From an uncultured Gammaproteobacteria bacterium (GTDB taxonomy: Bacteria; Patescibacteriota; Microgenomatia; Levybacterales; GWA1-39-11), in NCBI GenBank assembly GCA_964448725.1, contig CAYVAJ010000004.1, positions 17,535 to 81,534 of the forward strand: DNA of 64,000 nucleotides, given 5' to 3'. The notes under the pieces are model-generated. The model was not told the origin of the DNA, did not search any database, and was given only the letters and a program-made list of their open reading frames with translations. A program made the translations under genes and the position numbers. Each line of letters starts with the position of its first letter. Position 1 is the first letter of the stretch. Of this stretch, positions 56,524 to 64,000 are shown piece by piece.

Positions 56524-57779
56524 AAAAAATCAAAGATATTGACGCAATGATGATATTTGATTCCCGAGGGAACCCAACAGTGAAAGCTGGAATACTTCTT
56601 GATGATGGAACAAGTACCACCGCAAGTGTTCCGAGCGGTGCATCAAAAGGGACTTATGAAGCAGTTGAGTTACGGGATGGAGAAGATGCATATGGAGGAT
56701 TAGGGGTAAATAAAGCGGTTGAGAATATTAAAAAAATTATTGCTCCTCAAATTATCGGAATGGATGTTCAACAAGTAACTGAGATTGATAGAAAGATGAT
56801 TGAGATTGACGGTACTGATAATAAAGCACAGCTGGGAGCAAATGCAATGCTTGCAGTGTCATATGCAGTGGTTCGTGCAGCTGCCGCAAGTCAAAATATG
56901 CCAGTGTATGCATTCATACGAAGCCTATTGTCAGATCCTCAGTCAGAGTACACATTACCTACACCGCTATTCAATATGATTGAAGGAGGGCAACATGCAG
57001 ATAATGGTCTGGATTTCCAAGAATATTTGATTGTACCTGCGACTAAAAAATCTTTCACTAAGAAAATGGAGCTAGGAGTATCTGTATACCATGCATTAAA
57101 AAAAATTCTTCAGGAAAAAAATATGTCAACATCCAGTGCTGATGAAGGAGGATTTGCACCTGAACTTGCCAGTAATGTAGATGCCTTGCTGTTGCTTAAA
57201 AATGCAATAGAACACGCACATTACAAATTTGCGCTTGATGCATTTTTAGGTATGGATATTGCGGCAAATCACTTTAAAGATACATCAAATTACAAACTTA
57301 TTGATCGTAATACTGCATACAAACCGGATGAACTTGTAGAGTACTATACGAGCATTGTCACTGATTACTCACTCTTATATATGGAAGATCCATTTGCAGA
57401 AGATGATATTGCGTCCTGGAAAACGCTTCATGAAAAAATAGCAAAAAATATAATGATCGTGGGTGATGATCTAACAGTCACAAATCCATATCGATTACAA
57501 CTTGCACTTGATAATAATACGATCAGCGGAATCATTATTAAGCCAAACCAGATAGGGACAGTAACAGAAGCAATCGCTGTGTCTGAAATGGCTCGTTTTA
57601 AAGATATGGAAATAGTTGTTTCACATAGAAGCGGTGAAACTACAGACAAATTTATTGCTGACTTTGCGGTGGGAGTTGGTGCTGATTATGTAAAGTTCGG
57701 TGCACCTGCTCACGAACGTGTAGCGAAATATAATCGGTTACTTGAAATTAATCACGAAATTAATCCTTCAGAGAAATAA
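56520..57779 (+). CDS. eno: Enolase
   Basis: 419 aa. SRGNPTVKAGILLDDGTSTTASVPSGASKGTYEAVELRDG and IKPNQIGTVTEA motifs. Confidence 0.9.
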   Translation: MKKIKDIDAMMIFDSRGNPTVKAGILLDDGTSTTASVPSGASKGTYEAVELRDGEDAYGGLGVNKAVENIKKIIAPQIIGMDVQQVTEIDRKMIEIDGTDNKAQLGANAMLAVSYAVVRAAAASQNMPVYAFIRSLLSDPQSEYTLPTPLFNMIEGGQHADNGLDFQEYLIVPATKKSFTKKMELGVSVYHALKKILQEKNMSTSSADEGGFAPELASNVDALLLLKNAIEHAHYKFALDAFLGMDIAANHFKDTSNYKLIDRNTAYKPDELVEYYTSIVTDYSLLYMEDPFAEDDIASWKTLHEKIAKNIMIVGDDLTVTNPYRLQLALDNNTISGIIIKPNQIGTVTEAIAVSEMARFKDMEIVVSHRSGETTDKFIADFAVGVGADYVKFGAPAHERVAKYNRLLEINHEINPSEK

Positions 57780-58455
57780 GTATGGTAAGCTCCCCCTTTG
57801 GAGGTTTTTGTGAATATTCTGAAATTATTTCTGATAGCAACCCTGTTTTGAACTCTTCGTGTATTTTTGTAAGCTCTCGTGCGATAGTAATTTTCCGATC
57901 TCCAAACACGTCTTGCAGTATTTCCAATGTATCAATAATGCGATGAGGAGATTCATAGAGAATGATTGTCGGTGAGAAATTTTTTGTAAATGATGTTTTG
58001 AGATGATCTAAATATTTTCGTTTTTTTGTGCGCTGTTTTGAGAGAAATCCTAGAAATAAAAAGGAATCACTGGGTAGACCACTTGCCGATAGTGCAGCAA
58101 TGCCAGCAGATGCTCCAGGTATTGGAGTGACAGGAATATGTTTTTTCCGTGCCTGTCGTACTAAAAGAAAGCCTGGATCTGAGACGAGTGGTGTACCGCT
58201 ATCAGAGACAAGACTTACAGTCGCACCGTTCTCAAGCTCATTGATGATTTCATAGAGAACTGTCTGTTCGTTGAATTCATTTAACGCACGCATTGGTTTT
58301 TTAATCTCATATTTATGAAGTAAATTTCCGGTAACTCGGGTATCCTCACAGACAATCAAGTCAGATTTACGTAATGTATCAAGCGCACGGAGAGTAATAT
58401 CCTGCATATTTCCAATAGGAGTTGCGACCACATACAAATGTCCTGATATATCCAT
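57760..58455 (-). CDS. rsmI: 16S rRNA (cytidine1402-2'-O)-methyltransferase
   Basis: 231 aa. LYVVATPIGNMQDITLRALDTLRKSDLIVCEDTR is a canonical RsmI N-terminus. Confidence 0.8.
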   Translation of the reverse strand: MDISGHLYVVATPIGNMQDITLRALDTLRKSDLIVCEDTRVTGNLLHKYEIKKPMRALNEFNEQTVLYEIINELENGATVSLVSDSGTPLVSDPGFLLVRQARKKHIPVTPIPGASAGIAALSASGLPSDSFLFLGFLSKQRTKKRKYLDHLKTSFTKNFSPTIILYESPHRIIDTLEILQDVFGDRKITIARELTKIHEEFKTGLLSEIISEYSQKPPKGELTILISLKD

Positions 58456-58480
58456 ACTGATGATTATACAATAGAGAGGA

Positions 58481-59134
58481 TTACTGAGCAGTGCGGAAGC
58501 GTCGAACTAACCCGACGCATATTCCTTGTATCCGCAGGGACTTAGGGTAAATAGGTTCCATAGCAGCGTTTGCGGGTTTTAAGACTACTTGTTCTCCTTC
58601 TTTATAAAACCGCTTTAATGTCGCAAGTCCTTCATCAACAAGTGCTACCACAATATCACCATTTTTTGCAACTTCTGTTTTCTCTATTACGACATAATCT
58701 CCGTCTAAAATCCCATCTTCGATCATAGAGCTTCCTTTCACTTCAAGCACATAGGATGGCTTGCGGCCACTGATCATACTTGATGCTACATCAAATGTTG
58801 CTTCAGGGTCTGTGTGAGGCTCTAGAGGTCTTCCAGCTGCAATAAAACCCAGTAAAGGAAGTGACATTGTTGGACCGTTTGCTTTAGACATTGGCCCTAC
58901 AAGATTACCCAAAGATTCTTTCTGCAGGATTTTAAGCGTACGATTATTTCCTTCAACTTTTTGAATATACCCTTTATCAACCATAGATCGAATGAGAGCA
59001 TGGATAGTTGAGACACTGCGGCGATTGAGTGCATCTGCCATTTCCCGAAGTGTTGGAGAATAACCATGTTGTTCCTGGTATTGGATGAGGTAATTTAATA
59101 GTTCGCGTTCTTTTTTGTAGAGTACTGCTGGCAT
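58481..59134 (-). CDS. lexA: LexA repressor (S24 peptidase)
   Basis: 217 aa. N-terminal winged-helix region (LTxRExEVL-like PTLREMADALNRRSVSTIHALIRSM). C-terminal AAG cleavage site and VKGSSMIEDGILDGDYVVI...ATLKRF S24 motifs. Confidence 0.8.
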   Translation of the reverse strand: MPAVLYKKERELLNYLIQYQEQHGYSPTLREMADALNRRSVSTIHALIRSMVDKGYIQKVEGNNRTLKILQKESLGNLVGPMSKANGPTMSLPLLGFIAAGRPLEPHTDPEATFDVASSMISGRKPSYVLEVKGSSMIEDGILDGDYVVIEKTEVAKNGDIVVALVDEGLATLKRFYKEGEQVVLKPANAAMEPIYPKSLRIQGICVGLVRRFRTAQ

Positions 59135-59329
59135 AGGTATGAATAGTTGCTACTTATAATTTATTACGTATTATTTATTATTGATGATCTATAATTAAAT
59201 TATTAAAATCATCTATGTAAAAAATATACGAAATATCCTCGAATTATTCAATATGACATACTATAACAAAGTATAGAAGAATCCCAAAATATGCAAAAAT
59301 TATCACTCTGTATGGTAGAATGATAGACG

Positions 59330-61309
59330 ATGAAATTTAAAGTAGCTTCAAAATTTCAACCAACAGGAGATCAGCCAAAAGCAATCGAACAGCTGACAAA
59401 GGGTATTCTGAAAGGCGAAAAAGAACAAGTTTTACTGGGCGTAACTGGAAGCGGCAAGACATTTAGCATTGCCAATGTAGTCGAGCGTACCCAACGTCCA
59501 ATGCTGGTTATCTCTCATAATAAAACACTTGCGGCTCAACTGTACCAGGAACTTCGAGATTTCTTTCCAGATAATGCAGTATCCTACTTTGTGTCATATT
59601 ATGATTACTATCAGCCAGAAGCATATATTCCAACAACTGATACGTATATTGCAAAAGAGACTCAAATAAACGAGGAAATTGATAAATTACGTCTTGCTTC
59701 AACCACAAATATATTAACCCGTACTGATACCATAGTTGTTGCCTCAGTGTCGAGTATCTACAATCTCGGTTCTCCAACTGAGTATGGAAAGAGAATCCTT
59801 CCTTTGGCAGTTGGCGATGCAGCAGATCGCCGAAATGTGATGGACAGACTCATTGACTTAATGTATGACCGTAATGATTATAATTTTGCCCGAGGAAGCT
59901 TTCGAGTGAGAGGTGAAGTAATAGAAATATTTCCAGCATATGAAGACATTATTAAACGTGTTGTCATTGAAGAGGGAGTAGTACAGAAAATTGAGCACCT
60001 TGATCCAACAACTGGTGAATTTCTCAAATCAGCAGACAGGATGGTATTATACCCGGCAAAACACTATGTAACTGAAAAGAGTACATACGATGAAATATTT
60101 AAACGAATTCGTCATGAGCTTGCACAAAGAATTAAAGAATTAGAGTCACAAGGAAAAATGCTTGAGGCTCATCGTATTCGTCAACGCACCGAGTATGATA
60201 TTAAGATGCTTAAAGAGCTGGGGTATGTGAACGGGATTGAGAATTATTCTCGCTATTTTGACGGACGAAAACCAGGTGAAGCACCGTTCTCTTTACTTGA
60301 GTTCTTTAATAAAGCATATGGAGACGAGTGGATGCTAATGGTTGATGAATCACATATTACATTGCCACAGATTCGTGGTATGTACAATGGTGATAGGTCT
60401 CGCAAAGAAGTACTTATTGACTACGGATTTAGACTGCCATCTGCATTTGATAACCGCCCGTTAACATTTGATGAGTTTAAAGAGCGGGTTCATCAAACAA
60501 TTTATGTATCCGCGACTCCAAACGATTGGGAATTAGAACGTGCCGGAAAAAATAATATTGCAGAACAGCTGATCAGACCAACAGGAATTGTTGATCCTAA
60601 AGTAATCGTAAGACCATCAGAGGGGCAGATTCCTGATTTACTCAATGAAATCACTGAGGCAGTAGCGCGAAAAGAACGTGTACTCGTTACCACACTAACC
60701 AAACGTATGTCAGAGGATTTAACTACCTATTTGGAAGAACAGGGAGTACGAGTTCAGTATCTGCATTCAGAGGTAGACACTTTGCAACGGCAAGATATTC
60801 TTGATGATTTACGATTAGGAACCTATGATGTTGTTGTGGGAATTAACCTGCTTCGTGAAGGACTTGATCTGCCTGAAGTATCTCTTGTTGCGATCTTGGA
60901 TGCTGACAAAGAGGGATTCTTACGCTCACGCTCATCACTGATACAGATTATGGGTAGAGCAGCTCGCCGTGTTGATTCACGAGTAATTTTGTATGCTGAT
61001 AACCACACTGATTCTATGAAAGCTGCAATAGCAGAAGTCGAACGCCGCCGTGAGTATCAACTTGCATACAATAAAGAGCATGGTATTACTCCAAAAACAG
61101 TTGAGAAAGAAGTACGCAAAAAATTAATTGAAAAAGAAGATGTGATCGATGAACTTGCGCCAATGATGGATAAAGAGGTCTTACTTCCAGATCAACGGGA
61201 AAAACTCATTAAACGTCTCCGCACTGAAATGAAAGAAGCTGCCAAGTCCCTAGACTTCGAAACAGCAGCCCTCCTCCGCGACAAAATCCGCTACCTCCAA
61301 CAATCTTAA
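59330..61309 (+). CDS. uvrB: Excinuclease ABC subunit B
   Basis: 659 aa. FKVASKFQPTGDQPKAIEQL...GVTGSGKTF. Helicase motifs. C-terminal UVR domain LLRDKIRYLQQ. Confidence 0.9.
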   Translation: MKFKVASKFQPTGDQPKAIEQLTKGILKGEKEQVLLGVTGSGKTFSIANVVERTQRPMLVISHNKTLAAQLYQELRDFFPDNAVSYFVSYYDYYQPEAYIPTTDTYIAKETQINEEIDKLRLASTTNILTRTDTIVVASVSSIYNLGSPTEYGKRILPLAVGDAADRRNVMDRLIDLMYDRNDYNFARGSFRVRGEVIEIFPAYEDIIKRVVIEEGVVQKIEHLDPTTGEFLKSADRMVLYPAKHYVTEKSTYDEIFKRIRHELAQRIKELESQGKMLEAHRIRQRTEYDIKMLKELGYVNGIENYSRYFDGRKPGEAPFSLLEFFNKAYGDEWMLMVDESHITLPQIRGMYNGDRSRKEVLIDYGFRLPSAFDNRPLTFDEFKERVHQTIYVSATPNDWELERAGKNNIAEQLIRPTGIVDPKVIVRPSEGQIPDLLNEITEAVARKERVLVTTLTKRMSEDLTTYLEEQGVRVQYLHSEVDTLQRQDILDDLRLGTYDVVVGINLLREGLDLPEVSLVAILDADKEGFLRSRSSLIQIMGRAARRVDSRVILYADNHTDSMKAAIAEVERRREYQLAYNKEHGITPKTVEKEVRKKLIEKEDVIDELAPMMDKEVLLPDQREKLIKRLRTEMKEAAKSLDFETAALLRDKIRYLQQS

Positions 61310-61323
61310 CCTTCATCCTCCAG

Positions 61324-61344
61324 ACCAAGGTCCGACCTTGGTCA
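61324..61344. repeat. REP-like perfect palindrome GACCAAGGTC-C-GACCTTGGTC (3' flank of the RAYT gene)
   Basis: Direct reading. The same palindrome family occurs at 62058-62077, 4154-4170, 6279-6297 and 6332-6352, with a degenerate copy at 61641-61655. Confidence 0.7.
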
Positions 61345-62010
61345 AGAATCTTCAAGTAGTAGTGGTCCGAGTATTTCTTCAGAGTTTTGATTAAAATCAT
61401 CTACAAATTTTTTATACTCATTCTGTGGAACAGCTTCAGAGTTTCCAGCAAAGTACTGGAGAATATCATCAGGATTTAGCCATGATGCACGCTTTAGTCC
61501 TAAAAAATTTGCATAGCTTGTGTATTTTGTGAAATCGATTTCAGAGTGTATATATGTTGGATTTAAATGAATATACCGAGTTAAATGAAGAAGATATTGA
61601 TCTGAGTCTATAATGCATGCTTTATATTTATTCTGAAACAAAGGTCCGACCCTGTCATATTTTTTATTAAAATACATTACGTATGCGGTCATCAATCGTC
61701 GCATAAGTTTTGTGATTCCGTTTGCTGTGATTTGTTTTACCAATAGGTGTATATGATTTGGCATTAAACAAAATGAAACAAGTACAACTTCTTCAGAAAG
61801 ATTAGATAAAAGAAATCTTAATTTGCGTTTAGGATTAACATTTATGTCTTGAATGAGGTCAAGTTTTGGTTGTAAATAAAGTTTTAAGTAAAAAAGAAAG
61901 ACAGCACAATCAGATTCATCAAGAAAAATAGTTCGCTTTTCAATCCCACGGTTATAAATATGGTAATAAGAATTCTCAAGATATGTTTTTACTACATTCC
62001 GAGCAGGCAT
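61342..62010 (-). mobile_element. HUH Y1 transposase, IS200/IS605 TnpA-like / REP-associated tyrosine transposase (RAYT)
   Basis: 222 aa. YHIYNRG... and HuH motif PNHIHLLV with a downstream catalytic Tyr region (QNKY). REP-like palindromes lie immediately at both ends of the gene. Confidence 0.7.
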
Positions 62011-62057
62011 ATTCTTGTTTCATTATGCTCCTTTTTACCATATAAATGTCAATATTG

Positions 62058-62077
62058 GACAAGGTCCGACCTTGGTC
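62058..62077. repeat. REP-like palindrome GACAAGGTCCGACCTTGGTC (5' flank of the RAYT gene)
   Basis: Direct reading. Followed by GGTCAAG as at the 61324 copy. Confidence 0.7.
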
Positions 62078-62157
62078 AAGTTGGAGTGAGGCGGTGGGTA
62101 GGGAGGTGATGTGCCGGGAAGGGGTTGCCTTCCCGGATTGGTGCTGTTTAATCGTTC

Positions 62158-62652
62158 CTAATTTCCTGAAATTAGGTCTTCAAGCAGTACACTTGACTGT
62201 AGGAGAGATTGTGCAATCTCTCCGTCAAGTTCTTTGTTCAGATCACTCAGGAGAGTGATAAACATTCGGTGTTCTTGATCCGGTATTGTCAATGTCCATT
62301 TATGATCATCTCCTCTTCTATGTGAGTAACACAACTCATACTCACCCACTTTTTGAGTGGTATAGTGCCAATAAGCACTGATTGTGATCTCTGGATAACG
62401 AATAGTTGATCCAAGAATACGAAGCTGTTCTTCAGCTCCAGCAAATGGGAAGACCCAGGTGTAATCGTGCATATGCTCTTGCCAATGATTTCCGGGAAAT
62501 CGTACGATATCCTCGTTGATCATCCGGAACTTTCTATATGCATCCCAAGCCCTCAGTGATGTGAGCATAGCTATTTCTTCTGGTGTCAAGACAATAGGCA
62601 GCTTTAGACACGCAGAGATCGCTTCCATGCGCACAATGATGGGATTTGGCAT
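62158..62652 (-). CDS. Hypothetical protein (GC-richer segment adjacent to RAYT)
   Basis: 164-aa ORF. A perfect hairpin CCGGGAAGG-GGTTG-CCTTCCCGG sits at 62120-62142 just downstream. Confidence 0.35.
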   Translation of the reverse strand: MPNPIIVRMEAISACLKLPIVLTPEEIAMLTSLRAWDAYRKFRMINEDIVRFPGNHWQEHMHDYTWVFPFAGAEEQLRILGSTIRYPEITISAYWHYTTQKVGEYELCYSHRRGDDHKWTLTIPDQEHRMFITLLSDLNKELDGEIAQSLLQSSVLLEDLISGN

Positions 62653-62891
62653 AATCCACCTCCTGAAATATTAACGAACAAGATGGAGTGAATATATCAA
62701 ATACCATAGTATTATGCAATTATTATCAGTCACTATATATCACTGCTTGTTTTTCGCTTGTGAATTGGTCTATAATGGACTGTTTAACTTTTCTCATGCT
62801 GATAAATTGCTAGACGGTTGAATTGTTTTATTGATGGAGAGTAAATGAAAAACAATATAACCATAAAACAATTGAGCAATGGGCCTAAAAC

Positions 62892-64000
62892 ATGATAGAT
62901 ACTATTGTAATCAAGGGTGCACGTGAGCATAACCTCAAAGATATTGACTTGGAAATTCCTAAGTATAAGCTGGTAGTTTTTACCGGATTGTCTGGGAGTG
63001 GCAAGAGCTCGCTTGCTTTTGACACGATTTATGCTGAGGGACAACGCAGGTATGTAGAATCACTATCATCATATGCCCGTCAATTTTTAGGAGTTATGAA
63101 AAAGCCTGATGTCGACTTGATCGAAGGATTATCTCCAGCTATATCCATAGATCAGAAAAGCACATCACATAATCCTCGCTCAACAGTTGGTACTGTAACT
63201 GAAATTTATGATTATCTACGGCTCTTATACGCACGTGTCGGACATCCACACTGTCCTAACTGCGGACGAGAAATTTCACGAATTACCAAAGAACAAGTCG
63301 TAGAAGAAATTGTCACAAAATTCATTGGAATCACACCCACTCGCATTATGATTTTAGCGCCAATTGTCAAAGGACGGCGTGGAGAGTACACAGATCTTTT
63401 CCGTGATCTCAAAAAAAGAGGATACCAACGTGTCAGAATCGATGGACGTGTTTATTCACTTGATGAGGACTTAGTACTCATTAAGACCAATAAACATACA
63501 ATCGATGCTATTGTTGATCGAGTTACTCTCTCAAAAGATTATGATCGACAGCGGTTAGTTGAATCAGTCGAACAAGGACTCGCACTGGGAAATGGCGAGG
63601 TCATTATCACGAAGGTGACTGATGAGTCATTTAGTTTTCCGGAAAAACCGACTGAGATGGAAGACACATTGTATTCACAAAAATTTGCGTGTCCTGCGTG
63701 TGGCATCGCATTTGAAGAAATAGAACCCCGTTTGTTTTCATTTAATTCACCGTATGGTGCTTGTCCCCGCTGTAACGGGCTTGGTACTCGCCATGATGTT
63801 GATGAAACTCTCATCCTCAATCCTGAGCTAACTATCGCTGAAGGAGGAATTTTGGCTCTTGCGAATATTTATGACAAAGAGACCTGGTTTGGTCGTACTG
63901 TCCGTACCGCATTGGAAGAGAATAATGTACCGATGGATTTACTTATCAAGCATTTAACTGACGAACAGCGAAATATTTTGTTATATGGAACAGGAGACAG
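62892..64000 (+). CDS. uvrA: Excinuclease ABC subunit A (partial; continues beyond window end)
   Basis: ATG at 62892. [66 protein letters not shown] is a canonical UvrA N-terminus. The frame is open to the window end. Not in the ORF track because it is truncated. Confidence 0.85.
   Translation, partial: MIDTIVIKGAREHNLKDIDLEIPKYKLVVFTGLSGSGKSSLAFDTIYAEGQRRYVESLSSYARQFLGVMKKPDVDLIEGLSPAISIDQKSTSHNPRSTVGTVTEIYDYLRLLYARVGHPHCPNCGREISRITKEQVVEEIVTKFIGITPTRIMILAPIVKGRRGEYTDLFRDLKKRGYQRVRIDGRVYSLDEDLVLIKTNKHTIDAIVDRVTLSKDYDRQRLVESVEQGLALGNGEVIITKVTDESFSFPEKPTEMEDTLYSQKFACPACGIAFEEIEPRLFSFNSPYGACPRCNGLGTRHDVDETLILNPELTIAEGGILALANIYDKETWFGRTVRTALEENNVPMDLLIKHLTDEQRNILLYGTGD

Noticed and set aside
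62120-62142. Perfect hairpin CCGGGAAGG-GGTTG-CCTTCCCGG, considered as a terminator
   Set aside because: No convincing U-tract follows on either strand. It may be part of the REP-associated cluster next to the RAYT gene, or a structural element. It is mentioned only in the evidence for the neighbouring CDS.
62784-63820. Three minus-strand ORFs (86, 66 and 93 aa) near the window end
   Set aside because: They overlap the clearly coding plus-strand uvrA frame (canonical UvrA N-terminus from ATG 62892). They are antisense artefacts.

Overview
This 64 kb window is low-GC bacterial chromosome, mostly housekeeping genes on both strands. By gene content and compactness it looks like a small-genome Patescibacteria/CPR-like organism, though that is an inference.

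Housekeeping genes recognisable from the translations:
- **Start of window:** dnaE N-terminus (partial), a GGDEF diguanylate cyclase, gatB, gatA, a NUDIX hydrolase, gatC, gatD/murT (lipid II isoglutaminyl synthase), htpX, lemA, polX.
- **Middle:** pyrG, rplS, yraN, an M32 carboxypeptidase, greA.
- **Distal part:** a DEAD-box helicase, holA, a PMM/PGM - cupin mannose-6-phosphate isomerase - PGI/PMI cluster, PEP synthase, enolase, rsmI.
- **SOS set:** lexA, uvrB, uvrA (partial at the window end), plus a divergent SRAP peptidase / Y-family polymerase pair.

Five tRNA structures are present: Asp(GTC), Gly(CCC), Lys(TTT), Glu(TTC), and a split tRNA-Gly-like gene whose anticodon loop is interrupted by a 109-nt insert containing the intact tRNA-Gly(CCC).

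The most striking locus is a 3206-aa secreted multidomain protein (12894..22514). It carries a beta-helix region, three CBM6/35-like modules, four Cna-B-like modules, a GH-A-like module, CARDB and FN3 modules, and a C-terminal double dockerin repeat. It lies convergent to a gene for a signal-peptide protein with a cohesin-like module, an FN3 module and a C-terminal TM anchor. Together they look like a candidate cohesin-dockerin cell-surface display system.

Other repeats and possible foreign segments:
- **REP/RAYT:** an HUH (IS200-like/RAYT) transposase gene is flanked by perfect palindromic REP-like repeats (GACCAAGGTCCGACCTTGGTC). Copies of the same palindrome sit in frame inside gatA (once) and murT (twice, inverted).
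- **Structured element:** a two-copy ~120-nt element with compensatory base changes (37001..37127 and 41185..41301).
- **Shared upstream motif:** an identical 37-nt palindromic motif lies upstream of two hypothetical genes (41312..41863 and 44461..45609, minus strand).
- **AT-rich motifs:** ATTACTTATTATTGAT and GTGAAC repeats recur in several intergenic regions.
- **GC-rich segments:** visibly GC-richer segments encode Cys-rich hypothetical proteins.

No CRISPR array and no rRNA were seen.
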